Shown one piece after another: positions 1-13,000 of a stretch of DNA of 64,000 bases. The DNA lies in NCBI GenBank assembly GCA_036172245.1, contig JAYWIR010000003.1, forward strand, positions 6,696,001 through 6,760,000. Direction: 5' to 3'. The translations under genes and the position numbers were made by a program. Numbering within the stretch: position 1 is the first letter of the stretch; every line of letters begins with the position of its first letter. Below the pieces are notes generated by a model. That model searched no databases. It had not been told where the DNA came from and saw only the letters and a program-made list of their open reading frames with translations. The DNA is from Raillietiella orientalis. Its lineage: Eukaryota.

Positions 1-3000
1 GTCTTCCTGTAGTGGGGAGCTTCCTCGACGGTACCTGCGCATGGAATGCAAGGGAATGGAAAGTGCCGAGGAGGAAATAGGGGGGGAAAGAAGAAGAAGA
101 AGAAGAAAAACAACTTTCCCGGCTTCGCTTCTTGCGCGTCGAAAGCGATCGTTTATTCCGTCGCTGGGGTTGCACGCCCCGGAATTTTTTCCTCCGTCCT
201 TCCTAATGAGCGTTCGCTGAAGGATGCTGGCTGCAGGAAGACGGCAGCGTGTCTCCCTGGACGGAGTTCCGGGGAAAAGCCGATGACTGAGGCCGTCTCT
301 TGGTGAGCGACTGCTAATCGCCACCATTTGTTTCCTCTGCAGATTGACATTCATGGCTACCTCGCCGGTAGTCAATGCGTCATTACTGCACGGCTTTTTT
401 TCTTTCTTTCTTTTTTTCCTTTTAGGAAAACTCTTTTTCCCTGCCGAACCCTTTCCGCTTTCGAAATGCTCGGAAATCGTGATTCTCAAAACTGGGATGA
501 AATTATTATTATGCTATCAGTTCGGTGTCCGTGGTCATAAATATTTTTTCCGTCTTGGGCTGCGCTGTTCCCAGATGACTGTTCATCAGCTGAGATTTCG
601 GATATTCACGATCCCGTTCACCCCCCCCCCCCTCCCCCCTTGAAAAAAAAAAAAAAAGGAAAAGAAAAAAGAAAGGAAAAGAATACGAAAATTGATTTGG
701 GGGAAGATTGACGGATGCAAACGGCTTGTAAGGTCCCTCGGATTTGAACGACCGATCAGATTTCATCGGCTGAATTTGCTGGGCCGATCCATCCAAATGG
801 AATCAGATCGGAAATCACAAAGACAACTTGCCGAAATAGGAACGAGGAGGCTGGACGAATCCCTCTCTCGATGCTTCCGAGATGAGCGAACGCATCCACG
901 GCGCTGGGGGAAACCTCGGGGCGGGAAGATGCAGCAGCCTCCGGATGCGTTCGAATCGGTTGGCGAAGGGGCCGCGGCAGCGGGGGGGATGCGACCTCAC
1001 CACCCGCAACCCACCCGGAGAAGAGCCGAACCTCGCGGCATCCTCGCCGTGGGGACTGGCATCCGTCCCGACCCGTAAACGAGGGGGCCACCATCTCGGG
1101 GTGCGCGGAGGGATGTGCTCGAAACACCACCACTGCGGTTTACGACTACGATCCGCAGAATGGATGTAAACATCCGAAGAAGGCTGCAAGTCGGATCGGA
1201 CGAGGAAAGAACGAGGGCGAAGTTTCCGGAGGGGGGAAAAAAAGTACGAAGGCTCGGTTCCTATGGAAACCGCCCTCCATCCCAAGAAGCGGGGGTGCCG
1301 AGCTTTCCACGTGGTGCTCCAGGTGGTTAACGAACTCTGGCGATGGTGAGAAGGCTTTGTGGGCTCCACTCTTTCGAGCGGCACCTGACCTTCGCACCTT
1401 CTGCGCGCAGCCTCTTGGGATGGCGGCTCCCTCGTTGGCCAGCTCGGGAACATCACCTTGGAGATCATGGGAGATGCCCAGCGGATTTCGGAATGATTCT
1501 TGCAACGCCCCCGCGTGGGATCTTCGACCCCGGCACGGAAGGGCTTCAAGGAGTGCGCCTTTTCCACAGTGCAACGGCCCATAGCGTTTGTAATCAGCCC
1601 ACGGCCTCCATGGTTTGCTTCTTCTTTCTTTTTTCTTGTTGTTTTTCGCCAATGCTTTCTTTTCGCAGGTGGGAACGGAATTCCATGAAAAATCGAACCG
1701 ACACGGTGACGCTTCTTGCGTCCTCTTTCCACAGCTCCGAAGACATCGGCTTGGCAACTGGTCGCGACGGAGATCGAGCTGGCTGCTTTCATCGCAGCTC
1801 GCAACCAATCCATGCCTTTTGCTTTTCTTAGGACTTCCCTGCCATTGACGACAGCGTGCCCTACTGAGGTTCCCAAGTGCCGGGAAAGTTCTCCAGGCAG
1901 GTGGGGGGCAGAAGCCCGTCGAGATCTGGCTTGGGCGTTTTCAGCTTCGTTCCTCGTCCTTTTCTCTTTCTGGTCCCACGCAACTCTTCACGAACTCTTC
2001 CTCCTCCAAAAGGGAAAAGACAAGGAAAAGAAAAGAAACACCCCGCAAAGCTGCGACATCCCGAGACCCCGAGACCAATGCAGCACGTGCGCACGAACGC
2101 TTCCAGCCTCTTGCAAGGTGGAAGTTCCCAGGGGAGTCTCAGAAACAGAAAGGTGCTTGCTGGAGAACGAGCAGCATCTTTCGACGAGTCGTCAAGCAAT
2201 CGCGTTGCCGTTTCCTGCATCCATGGCAAACGCATGTGTCTGTGTACGTCTCCGTTTCCTCGCTTGCTCGAGTGTACGATGCGGCGCTTGGTTCCTCCAA
2301 TCAGGGGACCAGGAAGAGAGAGAGAGAAAGAGGGGGGGGGGGGGAACCTAGGGGAACCGGAACCAGTTCTCCGATCGTGCCTCCATCCGAATTCCATCAT
2401 CGTAATCGCTGTGGGCATTCGCTAGCCAAAAAGGAAGGGTCACACGGTGCTTGGCACCTGCTTCATCTTCAGGGACTGCGCCATCCCTCCCCGAGGGGTT
2501 TCCGAGTTTCAGCTCTGAGTTGCCATCCGGAAAGGAAAAGAAAGGTGGAAACACCGCGGCGACTCGCGATCTCACCGAGGTGATCCCAACCGTACAAATG
2601 GAAATCCTGTACGAATGGAGAGGTCAGAGATTGGGGGGGGGAGAGAGGAGTCGAATCACGGAGGATCCCTCCGTGATTCGACTCCGGTGAGATCTCTCCC
2701 CCCCCCCCCCCGTAAATTAGGCAAATGTCACAGGTGTCCCCAACGTCAGTCCTGGAACCAATCGTTCGAGAGAGGAATCACACATGTGTACATGCATGCA
2801 CGTACACACACACAGTCCATTGGTCGCGATTCCGAATGTGGTGATCCGATGGAAGCACGGGCGCATCTCCGCACACAAAGGAAGGAAGGAGAAACACACT
2901 CTTTCTGAACCAATTATCTCGCTGCTGCGAATCGTTTCGAAACTCTCTCCCCCCCCCCCCCCGCCCGCCCCCTTTTTCCGGGGGAACACGCAGTCCTTGT

Positions 3001-3984
3001 TTGCGCACATCCACTTACCTGCGTGTCAAACGGGCGGGTCAGCCAAGTGTTCCCTGTGCGCTGGATACCACCGCTTTTGTTTCCAGGGCTACGGCTGACC
3101 ATTCGCCGGCGAGCCGCATTCTTGCGCTCCCAGCAGCAGCAGCTGTTCGGCTGCGTTGCTTTCCTTCAACCCTTTCATCCACCCGCGCGCGCGCGCCGCC
3201 CTTCTTCCCCCCCCCCCCCCGTAAAGGAAAAGTACTGCTTCGGGCTATCTGCGGAATTTCCCCTCGTTCCTAATTAGAGATTACGGCGATAGGTACCGCG
3301 CTGGGTCGCGTCTGCCAACGGTCTGAGGCTGATCGCGGGAGGAGCCAGCAGAGATGCTGCGCAAACATTGTGCGGTCCGAGTGCGGAGTCTGCGTATCCC
3401 GCGAGCGTTTTCGGGGGGGGACAGGGAACCGGCGCAGTCTTGCCTCCCCCGCGGAACACGAGGCTCGGGGAGCCGCAGGACAAGTCGCCCCCAGGCGTGC
3501 CGTATAAACAGCGGGAAAAGGGTTGCGTGCTCCTCTTCGTCACAATGGGGTGTTTTTGTGTACGGGAGGGGGCGTGCGGGGGGGAGAGGGGGAAGGAGGG
3601 GTGATTACCGATTCGTTTGCCTGCATCGTGTCACTCACGGGTACTTCCGAAAACTCGTGCTAAAAACAAAAAAAGAAAAAAAAGAAAAAGAAAAGAAGAA
3701 AAAAAAAAAAAAAAGATTGCATTGTGTTTCTCCACCACGGTCTTGTCCGCTTTTTTCGTTTCGCTTTCCCCCTTCCCCTCCCCCCCCCATTTTCGAAAAA
3801 GTGGGAGGAAAATGGAGGGAGAAAAAAAAAAAAAAAAAAACATCCGCAGCCGCCTGCACTCATCACCATAGCAATGTGTGGCGCTCATTTGCCGGGCAGT
3901 CCGGCTATTGATCAAAACGGCCTCTTGCGGTGCGTGCGCGTATGTGGCCGGTGGTGGTGCGCGCTGACTGACTGCCTGTGCACT

Positions 3985-4015
<31 letters not shown>

Positions 4016-7000
4016 TTTTTTCCTTTCTTTCTTTCCTTCTTTTTCTTTTTCTTTCTTTCTTCCTCTCCCCCTCCCCTCCCCCCCCTCTCTCTCTCTTGCG
4101 CGCGCGCTCTCTCCCTCCCTCCCTCCCTCTTTCTCTCTCTCTCTCTCCGGAGTAGCAGCAGCAACAGCTCGAAAAGTGTTCTGTACATGTACACCGTCCA
4201 TTTTTTCAGATGCCATGCCAGAATTTCCAGAATCGGCCATTTTTAAAGATGCCTTTTTAGACACCGTGTGTTGTTGTTGTTTGGTCACTCGGAGTTTTCA
4301 CACTCGGGGGCGATACTGGACAGTCGCGGTAAGTGCCTCCATCCATTTTTCGGTTGTGCTCGCTGCCCACGGGAATTCCACTTTGCCGACACGTCGTGTC
4401 GACCGTGAGCGTGTTTTTTATTCAAGGGAATCCCTTTTTCGTTTCGCATTTTCTTCTTCTTCCCCCCCCCCTTCCTCGTTATTCTTCTTCTTCTTCTTCT
4501 TGTTGTTGCCGCCGCCGCTCTCCATTAATAAAACCGGGAAAGGTGCACACGCGTTCCCATCTCGCCACTTGGACGCAAGTCGGTGCCCGAAAGCAAAAAA
4601 AAAAAAAAAAAAAGGGGGAAAAAAAAAAAAAGAAAAGCAAGAGACACACGCTCGAGCGGAGGTCAAGCATACGTTGAACTCTCGCGTATGTGACCACTTT
4701 GTATCTTACGGCATCGCCCCGGTCCTATAGGAATGCCGGAGCCAGCGAGTTCCGCCGGGCGAGTGGCTCTGCATTGATCCCCTCCTCATTGCGTATTGAT
4801 TGCTCCGTGTGTGTGCCTATAGCGTGAGAGGGCATTAACGGCATGCAAGAGCGAAGCGACAGACCCTGTCCCCATATTGCACTCGCCTGAGGAGCGCGCA
4901 ACCGGAGCTCGCCGCCCCATTCCCCCCCCCCTCTCCCCCCCCCCCCAGTTGCCGTGCTCGCGCTCTCGCATGCCGCCGATCTGAGCCCCCCACCGCCGCC
5001 GCCGCCGCCGCCGCCGCTGTTCCGAGTGTGCTCCGGAGGAGGAAGAGCTCCGCCGCCGCCGCCACCACCACCATCACCCCAGTGACAGTGCCACCGCCGC
5101 CATGAGGCACCTTTCCCGGGAACGCACCTGAGCCTGCGCGCCGACAGTGCGAGGAATCGGCGAGGTCGTAGCAGCAGCCGAAGAGAGAGAGAGGGGGAAG
5201 GCCACACACACGACAGGTTTCGGGAACAGCCCTCCGATGAGGTCGCCTTGATGGATACCCTCGCTCGCCCGTTCCCGCACAATATGGTATTATCTCTCTG
5301 TACGAGTTTTCCATTCCAAGTGTCTCGGCAAAAGTAACGGCAAAAAAAAAAAAAAAAACGGAGCGTCGTGCGCTGTAAAGTCCGTTCCGAATCTTCCAAA
5401 GTCCAAAAGAACGCCGACAGTGAAGGGTGGTTGCAGCCACCACCCGCGTCTGCTGCTCGGATGTACCACCAGGGACCTCGAGGTAGCGAGCACCTTTTCC
5501 GTGGCACGAGGGTCCTTCCGGAAGCGCGGAAGCTGGTCTCGAGAAGAAGAATTCACGTGACCCCTCTCGGAGGCTGCGTCTGTCTCTCCCACGCACGGAA
5601 TCGCGGCGCTGCATCTCCTGCCGTCTTCGCCGGTGGCTGCTGACCGACCCGCGCTCTCCACCTCGGAGGTGCCACCCGGGACCCCTTTGAAAGGGAAAAA
5701 GATGCCGCGGCGCCGTCCCGAGATGACCGGACGCGGGGGATCTCGTCGCCGCAGAAACGCCCTGGATGCACCTCCTCCGGCGGTCGTGGGCCCGGGCCCC
5801 TGTGGCGCAGCAGCAGCAGCAGCAGCAGCAGCGTTTTCCCACCCGATTGCGTGGAATCGCCGTGACTCGTGGGGCCGTCCTGCCCGAACTTTCCGCCGCG
5901 CTCGGGTGGAACCCCTGATGCCCCGGAGGTGCATCCCTTGCACGTAAGGGGGAGATCCCCCGAAATTCGAGTCTCCAGGCGCGCGTGGACCACAGCCAAG
6001 CCACGTGACTCACTCGGCCCTGCAGGAGGCCCGCCCGTGGGCTCCATCTTTCCGACTTGATTTCGACCCCTATGTTGAGGTTGCGGCGACCGAGCAAATG
6101 GCGGTCGGTGGCGTCCATCCGCTCGCACCATGGCAACGCGCTCCTCGTGGTGCGGTTCCCGAAATTTGCGTGCGCATCCGAAACGACTCTGCGTGGGGTG
6201 CGAAGGTCGCCGCGGCAACGCCAAGTGCGACACTGCTTTTCCAAAATGAAGGTCCGATCCCTTCCGTCCTGATTTCTCCCGGAAGAATTTCCAGTTGCCT
6301 TTAACCGCCGCCGAAGTAGCGTTCCACCCCCCACCCACCCTCAAAAGGAAAAAAAGAAAAAAAATGCCACACGTATATCATCAAAGCCGTCCGCATATTG
6401 GGTTATTGCCGTCAGCAATATAACGAATTTTGGCAAATAGCAAAAGTCGAAGCAAAAAAGTTGCCGTAGCCTTTTGCTTCATATTGCTGACTTTCTCCGG
6501 AACACAGGGGGAGTAAACATCTCTGTGCTAACATCTCTGCAGGAGCGATGGCGGATTCTCCCCTCCCCCCTCCCCCCCTCGAGGGCAAACAAATCAAAAA
6601 TAGTTTGGAGCAAGGAGAGAGAGGGTTTTGTGGTCGATATCTTCTTCTTGGACGTCTGGCGGTGCGCGTGTTGCTGCATGGTCTCCGATCGGCCTGAGAC
6701 CACTTGAAGGGCAACCGGCCGGAAGGCAGGCTCTTTGCCCTTTGCGCCCCTCCCCCGCCCCCCGTGAGGAAGGAAGCCACCGCGTGCGAGACGACACTTT
6801 GCAAGAAGCAGCTCCATGGTCCGTGACCTGAGCCCTCAGTCCCTCGTCCCTCGTGGGTCTCCGACTTCCGGACGGTCGGCAGCTGCTCCGTTGCCAGGCG
6901 TGCCGAAATGCCACCGAACCGACCCACGTCGGGCATCGCCATGGGGATGAATACCCTCGGTGCCTGATGCGATTCGCAGTCCCCCCCCCCCCAAAAAAAA

Positions 7001-10000
7001 AAAAAAAAAAACAAAAAACAAAAAACAAAATCCGCGGGCCGTGTTCAAATCGAAAGGGATTTTTTTTTTTCTTCTTCCTTTCTTTCCCTCCCCGACGTGG
7101 GGGTGAGAGAGATCTGCATGCGAGAAACGTCCATCTCCGAAGGTGCCCGACCGAAGCGGCGACCCCCACAGGAAGTGGCGAAGGGTGGGAAGGGGTGGGG
7201 ATCCCGTTTTCCCTCCCTGCTCTGTTTCCATCGGGAAGCGTCGCGGTTGAATTTCTCAAGAAGGAAGGGAAACGCACGGTGGTTACGCTCTCCCCCTCCC
7301 CTCCCGTCCCGCCCGCGTTCCTCGGGATGCCTCCTTTCCGAGATGGATTCCGATCCTGTCCCTTGCGGGATGAATGACGAAACGCGCGTTACCTCTGTGC
7401 ACCTGTGATTTTGCAGTTGCACACCGGTCCCCCCCCCCCCTCCCCATCAATCGGAAAGAAATTCCAGTTCGGGATGTGGTGCTCCTGCATGCGGTGTGCC
7501 GAGAGCATCTCTTTTGCCGTTTCGCGGGGAAGATCCTCCTCCCACGCCCGAAGGCAGCGATAGGCGGGAAGCTGCGAGGAGGACTCTCTCTCGTCCGTGG
7601 TGATGCATGTTGACGATCCCGACCTCTTCCTGCAAATATCCACAGGGGACGACCCAGTTCGCCGAAACTCTTCAGCCCACTTCGCCTTGGTCAGTGCATT
7701 CGTTTTTTGCTCCGCGTTTGGTTTTCGGATTTCTCCCATAGAAGTCGTGCCGGAAAATTCCATCAAACTGGTTTGACTCTGCAGAGGGGTGTTTTCTCTC
7801 CCTCTCCCTCTCTCTCTCTCCCTCCTCTCTTGTATGTATCATCCGAGGTGGTGGGTGGATCTAACGGTCCTGCAGTTTAAGCTCCGAAGAGGCCATGCCG
7901 CTTGTTGGGTGGGTGCGCGCGTGCGCGTCGCCAGGAGGCATGACCACTGCAAGCGGGAGCGAAAATGGGACCGCGCTCTCACTTCAAACGGAAACCGTTT
8001 CCCGCGTTCCCTCGGGTATTCAGATGGGCTGCCCTCTTGGCGAGTCCATCCCCGGTGCTCCTCACGCGCCTTCCTAAAATTCTCACCTTCGAGCAGAACC
8101 CCCACCCCCCACCCCCGCGAAGCAGCGAGTCCTCCGGACACGGACGCACGCGCGCGCGTGTCGCGACACTCTTCTGCTGCAGCCGATTCTTCTTCTTCTT
8201 CTTCTTCTTCGTGTGCTCCTCTCAACGCTGGAACGGAACCGCGGTGAGAGCTGCGAAAGCGCGGCCCCGTTCGCTTCCGAATTTTCCGTCTCCAGCCTCC
8301 GGATGATCCTCGGTTGCCCATTGCGCTGTCGCGTCTTCCCGAAGGCAGTCCGCCGCCGTCTGGCCAAGGTCATCTCTCCCGGAGGCTGGAACGCGGACGG
8401 GGACCAGCAGCGAACTGGGGTATCAGGTGCTTCGCCCGGTTGGAATTTATGCCTCCGATGGTAAATATTTGCGTATCCCACAGTGCGCTTCGCGCGCTGC
8501 GTCCATAAATCTCCGGGGAAGAAGAACGCACGCGGACGAACTGATTTCGAGATTGATCCGGTCCGCGCGCTGCGGCTGGAGCCCCCCGGGGCCCCGGGGT
8601 CCCTTCCGCCGCCGCGCCGCCACACTGCCCAGGCATCGCCCCCGAAGCGCGCGGGCAATGGGGAACCGCCGCCCCGCCGACGCAAACTCAAACTCTGTAA
8701 GGCACATCATCAAAATGATGAATGATGCAAAGACATCCATCCATCTAAGGAAAGCACATCTGTTGTTTTCTTCGATTCCGATAATTAAAGTGCGTAAGTA
8801 TTGCATTGCTGCTCGCATTTCTTTGTGCTTTTATGCGTTCCGTATTGCTGCCTCCGCGGCCAGTCCGTTCTCCTTGATCACGTTTGAAGGGTGCTCTCCC
8901 GGCTTCCCTGGAGCAGTCCCCGGCGCTCGGCGGACGGATACGCGCCGCGCGGTCCATCCCCCCTCCCCGCCCCCCTCGCCAGCCGTGGAAAAAGAAGAAG
9001 AAGAAGAAGAAGAAGAAAAAAAAGGCGCGTCGAGGAACTCTGGAGGAGCGGCGCTTCCCTTCTTCCGAAAAAACACGACGGATGGTGATTTGTTTTCCGA
9101 CGAGGATGCTGCTGCTGCTGCTGCTGCTGCTCTCCAGCGCCGCCCGGTCGCACAGTTTCCATGTATCCTTCGAGTTGCCACCGCTCCTTTGCGTCGGCCA
9201 CGCATCGAAAGAGCCGCACGGATGCAAATGAAGCCGACCAGAATTTGAAGTCGGTAGGAGTCATCCCTCCAGCTCGCATGTTGCTTTCTTTCCTCCCTCT
9301 CTCCCTCTCTTAAAAAGTGCACGGTGCGACCTCAGTAACGCAGTGTGTGGAGCCGTCTTGCGCCCGTCGCTACGGGGAGGAAAAGAGGAAGGAACACTCG
9401 GGGGTGTTCCAGGCTCCCTCGCGCTCGCACATCCCTTCGCTCCCGAGGCCTTCCAGGGAGGAGCCGAAAGCTGCTGGCCATGGGGACCGCGGTGGTGTTC
9501 GCGGTCCCCGTGGCAGTGTTTCCAGTGTTTCGGCGTCTGAACCGCTCTCGGTGTTGACTCGAATCGGCCACGGAATCGCCCTCGCGTCGCTCTTGCCTGT
9601 CCTCGCCTTCGGCGTCTCCGGAGACACCTCCCCCCCTCCCCAGGAAAGGGATGGTGCGCGCGCGAGGACTCCGCAGCGCCCCGGCTGAGGTCGCAGGGCG
9701 AATCTGGCCTGGTCATCGCTGCTGGGCTTGCGTGATCGAGGGGACCTGCTTGGGCGAACGTCCTCAGCGTTCCGATCGGTCCCCGACCGTGCGATGCTGA
9801 AATCAGACGCGGGATGGGATGGAGCGGTTCCTAGGAAACGGTCCTTCGAGCCCGCGTGCGCCTGACCTCCCCCGTGTTGACTCGGGACAGCACGGGACAG
9901 CAGCAACCGAGGAGGTTTGGTTCGAAACTCGGCTCGCCTTTGCCTCGCCTCCTCGCCTTCCGAGATTCCACCCTTTCGCTTCATCTCTCATCCGAAATCT

Positions 10001-13000
10001 TGATAAAACCGAAATAAATCTCATCGGATTGGGGGGAGCCCCAATGTATCAAGTTTCCTGCAATGGAGTGGAAGAGACAAGAAACTGAGGAGGATGAGAG
10101 CAAGGAATGGAAAGTACCAAAAGTTCCCGAAGCACAAAGTTGCGATCGTTTCGCAAGGATCACGGGATTTGTTACCTCCGCGAAATAAAAGACGCGAATT
10201 ACGGAAGCTGGATAATGAGATTCTGAAATGCTCGATCCATTCATAAATCCCGGAAAGTGAGGTCACGAGCATGATGAATACGCAACTTTGCGCCTCGTTT
10301 AAAATGAGGCACGCAAGAGAGGTAATTTGATGTAAGTTCCAAAGATGGCGATGGAGGCTGCGTCTGGAGACGGCTTCGGAACGCTGTCCTGAGCATTCCC
10401 TTTCCCCCCCCCCCTCCCCCATTCCCGTTTCCTATTTAGATATAGATCCCCGAATTTGGTTTCCTTTTTTTCTTTTCCTTTTTTAAAAGAAAAGAAAAGT
10501 CCTGGGAAGAGGAATGGGATATCCAGGGACTCCATGTCGCATCATTCCATTCATCGAAGATTTATCCGTCGTGCTCTTCGAACTTCTCTCCACGATTTGG
10601 GTGGAAACGCTCGTAGCAGAAGCAGCAGCCGCGGCACCTTCCTCCTTGAATTTTTTTCCGGGGAAAGCCATAGACCGGGATGACGAGGATCCGGGGCGAA
10701 CCTCGTGCCCTGTGCACACCTACCGAACGTGGGGGCGAGTCCCCACGTGAGTTTCCCGTGCATCATCGGGAAGCGTGCGGATCACGTCGGCACGTCCCGA
10801 CGATGAAGGATCTTCGGGATTCACCCGGAGGTGAATCCTGAAGCCGGATTCTCTCATCCCGTATCCCGGAGCCAAGCATTGCCGAGTCTGCTGGGAGTCC
10901 GCGAGGCAGGGAAAAAGCGCCCCTCGGTGTCTGCCCACGTACCAGGGGTGGCAGCACCCCTTTCCTCCAGCCGACGCGGCCAGCTCCCGCTACCATGGGA
11001 ACAAGGGAGGCGCCGCCGTCGCCAAAAGGCAAGATCGGCTTGCGCCAGCGGGGCCGCGTTTATTATAATAATTATTACTGCTGACGGCCGGCGTTTCGAA
11101 GCACTTTCTGTTTCTCTGCTTCATTTGCTTCCGTGCCGGAAAATAAGTCTTCCGGGAAGATCCCGAGAACTTTAGCAGTCCTTTCGTGACGCGGGGTGCA
11201 TCTGGTTGCCATGGGTTGCGGTCTCGCCTGACCTCGCGGCCACCCGAGATCGGTGCGCATACTTTTTGTCGCGATCTGTCCGTTCGCGCCGAGCGAAACG
11301 AAGGTCCGTCCGTTCGGAAATGCTCTTTGGTCGTCGTACCCTGACCTCGGAGTGACGGGCAGGTGGACTCTCAGCTAGGTCATAGCTGCTGGCTTTCTTT
11401 ACGCTTCGGGTGGTGTTTCAAAGGAACGACTTTTGCTTGGTGCCTGCACCCCCCAGCAGCTCACGCCGCAAGGTCGCTCGCCATCGGCCAGTTGATTCCG
11501 ACGGAAAGAATCCTCCTCTTCTTGCGGTTCCAAAGCCCGAAATGGCACCAGAAGTGATCTCGAGAAGTCCCTGGCGGGAGAGCGATCCCCTTGATGGAAG
11601 GGGAAAACGCCGCCGGGAGTTTGCTGGAGAGTCGCACCGTGCGAAAAGCAGGGGAACACCGCACATGTGCGGACACCTCGAGTGAATGGTTGGGAAAGAT
11701 AGCATTAGCAAAAAGAGGAGGAGGACCGTTCCCATTGATTTCTTCTCCCTCTCCCCCTCTCTCTCGGAAAAGCTCTTCACTCGCCTCTCGAGCTGCGCTC
11801 CGTCCCTGCCTATGCAGCGTTTTTTTCCCCAAAGGGAAGTGTTCCTTAGGTCACAGAAGTGACCAAAGAAGCAAATGGCGCCACCGCGCTCGGCATACGG
11901 GAATTCCCCGTTTCGGTTGCTCGAGGATTCGATAGGCGCTTCGCAATTCCAAGCGAATCGGTACGCCGAAGAAACGGATGGGAGTGTACGTTCCGTCTGT
12001 GCGCTGCACCACCCACCAGGGAAAAACAACGTGTGCACCAGAAACAGCCGTGCGCAGAGGGAGGGTGCGTTCTTGGAATTTTGGCGATTCCATAAAAAGC
12101 AAGAAAAGGGGGGGGGGGGAAATAGGAAGACCGAACTTCGGTGCCGAGGAACTCTCGAGATCAGTTATCCGGAATGTCCGGAAATGGGGGAGGGGGGGGG
12201 GGTGCTCACGCCAGTTACGCGCCAAATGGAGAATCAAGAGCAAAGTTCGACGATTGGTAAGGTCCCGTCTGACGAGCATGCAGACGTTTTTTTTTTTTCC
12301 CCTTCTTCTTCTTCTTCTTCTTCTTTTCCTCGCTCTCCTCACCCCCCCCCCCCTTCCCCCCTCCTCACTCCTTCATCTCGAACGAAAACTTCGTAGCTGA
12401 TGTGTCTCTCAGATGAAGGATTGAAATGTATCATTGGCTGCGTTTGGGTTTGAGCCACTTCCACCACACTCGGACGAAGCCTTTTTGCTCCACTTAGCGC
12501 ACCGGTCGGGCGTCTGTGGACAACGGGGGTCTTAGAGGAGCTGCTTCTTTGCAACGGCCACTCCCCCGTTCTCGTGAGGGGGGGAGGGGAGGCAAACATT
12601 CCGCCGTCCGCGCACACAACGTCGTATTAGTAAAAGTACCATGCGTCGGGCGTACGATTTCTCCCTCCCTCTCTCTCTCTTCTTTTCTCTTTCATTGCGC
12701 TTCTTCCCCATCTCCAGCACGACGAACCGCAGCGTCTTCTAAACGCCTTCTAAACGGTCCGCGAGCCTCCATCCCCGGCAGATGTCGCTGCTCCGGGGAG
12801 ATGCACCGAACGTACCAAATGCGGATGGCGCTGTTTGTAAACGGATTCTGAAGGAGGATGGGAGTTATTTATACATCGCTTCCTCCTCCTCCCTCTTCTC
12901 TTCCCTGCCATGAGACGCTCGGGCTCCGGAGAGGTGAACCCGAATGCGCAGGGGAGCGCGTCCCCTGGGGACGTGCGCGGGCCCCGGCGGTCCTGCCTTT

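Noticed and set aside
4875..4897. TATTGCACTCG, resembling the 5' end of miR-92
   Set aside because: The 3' half diverges and the upstream arm does not form a convincing hairpin.
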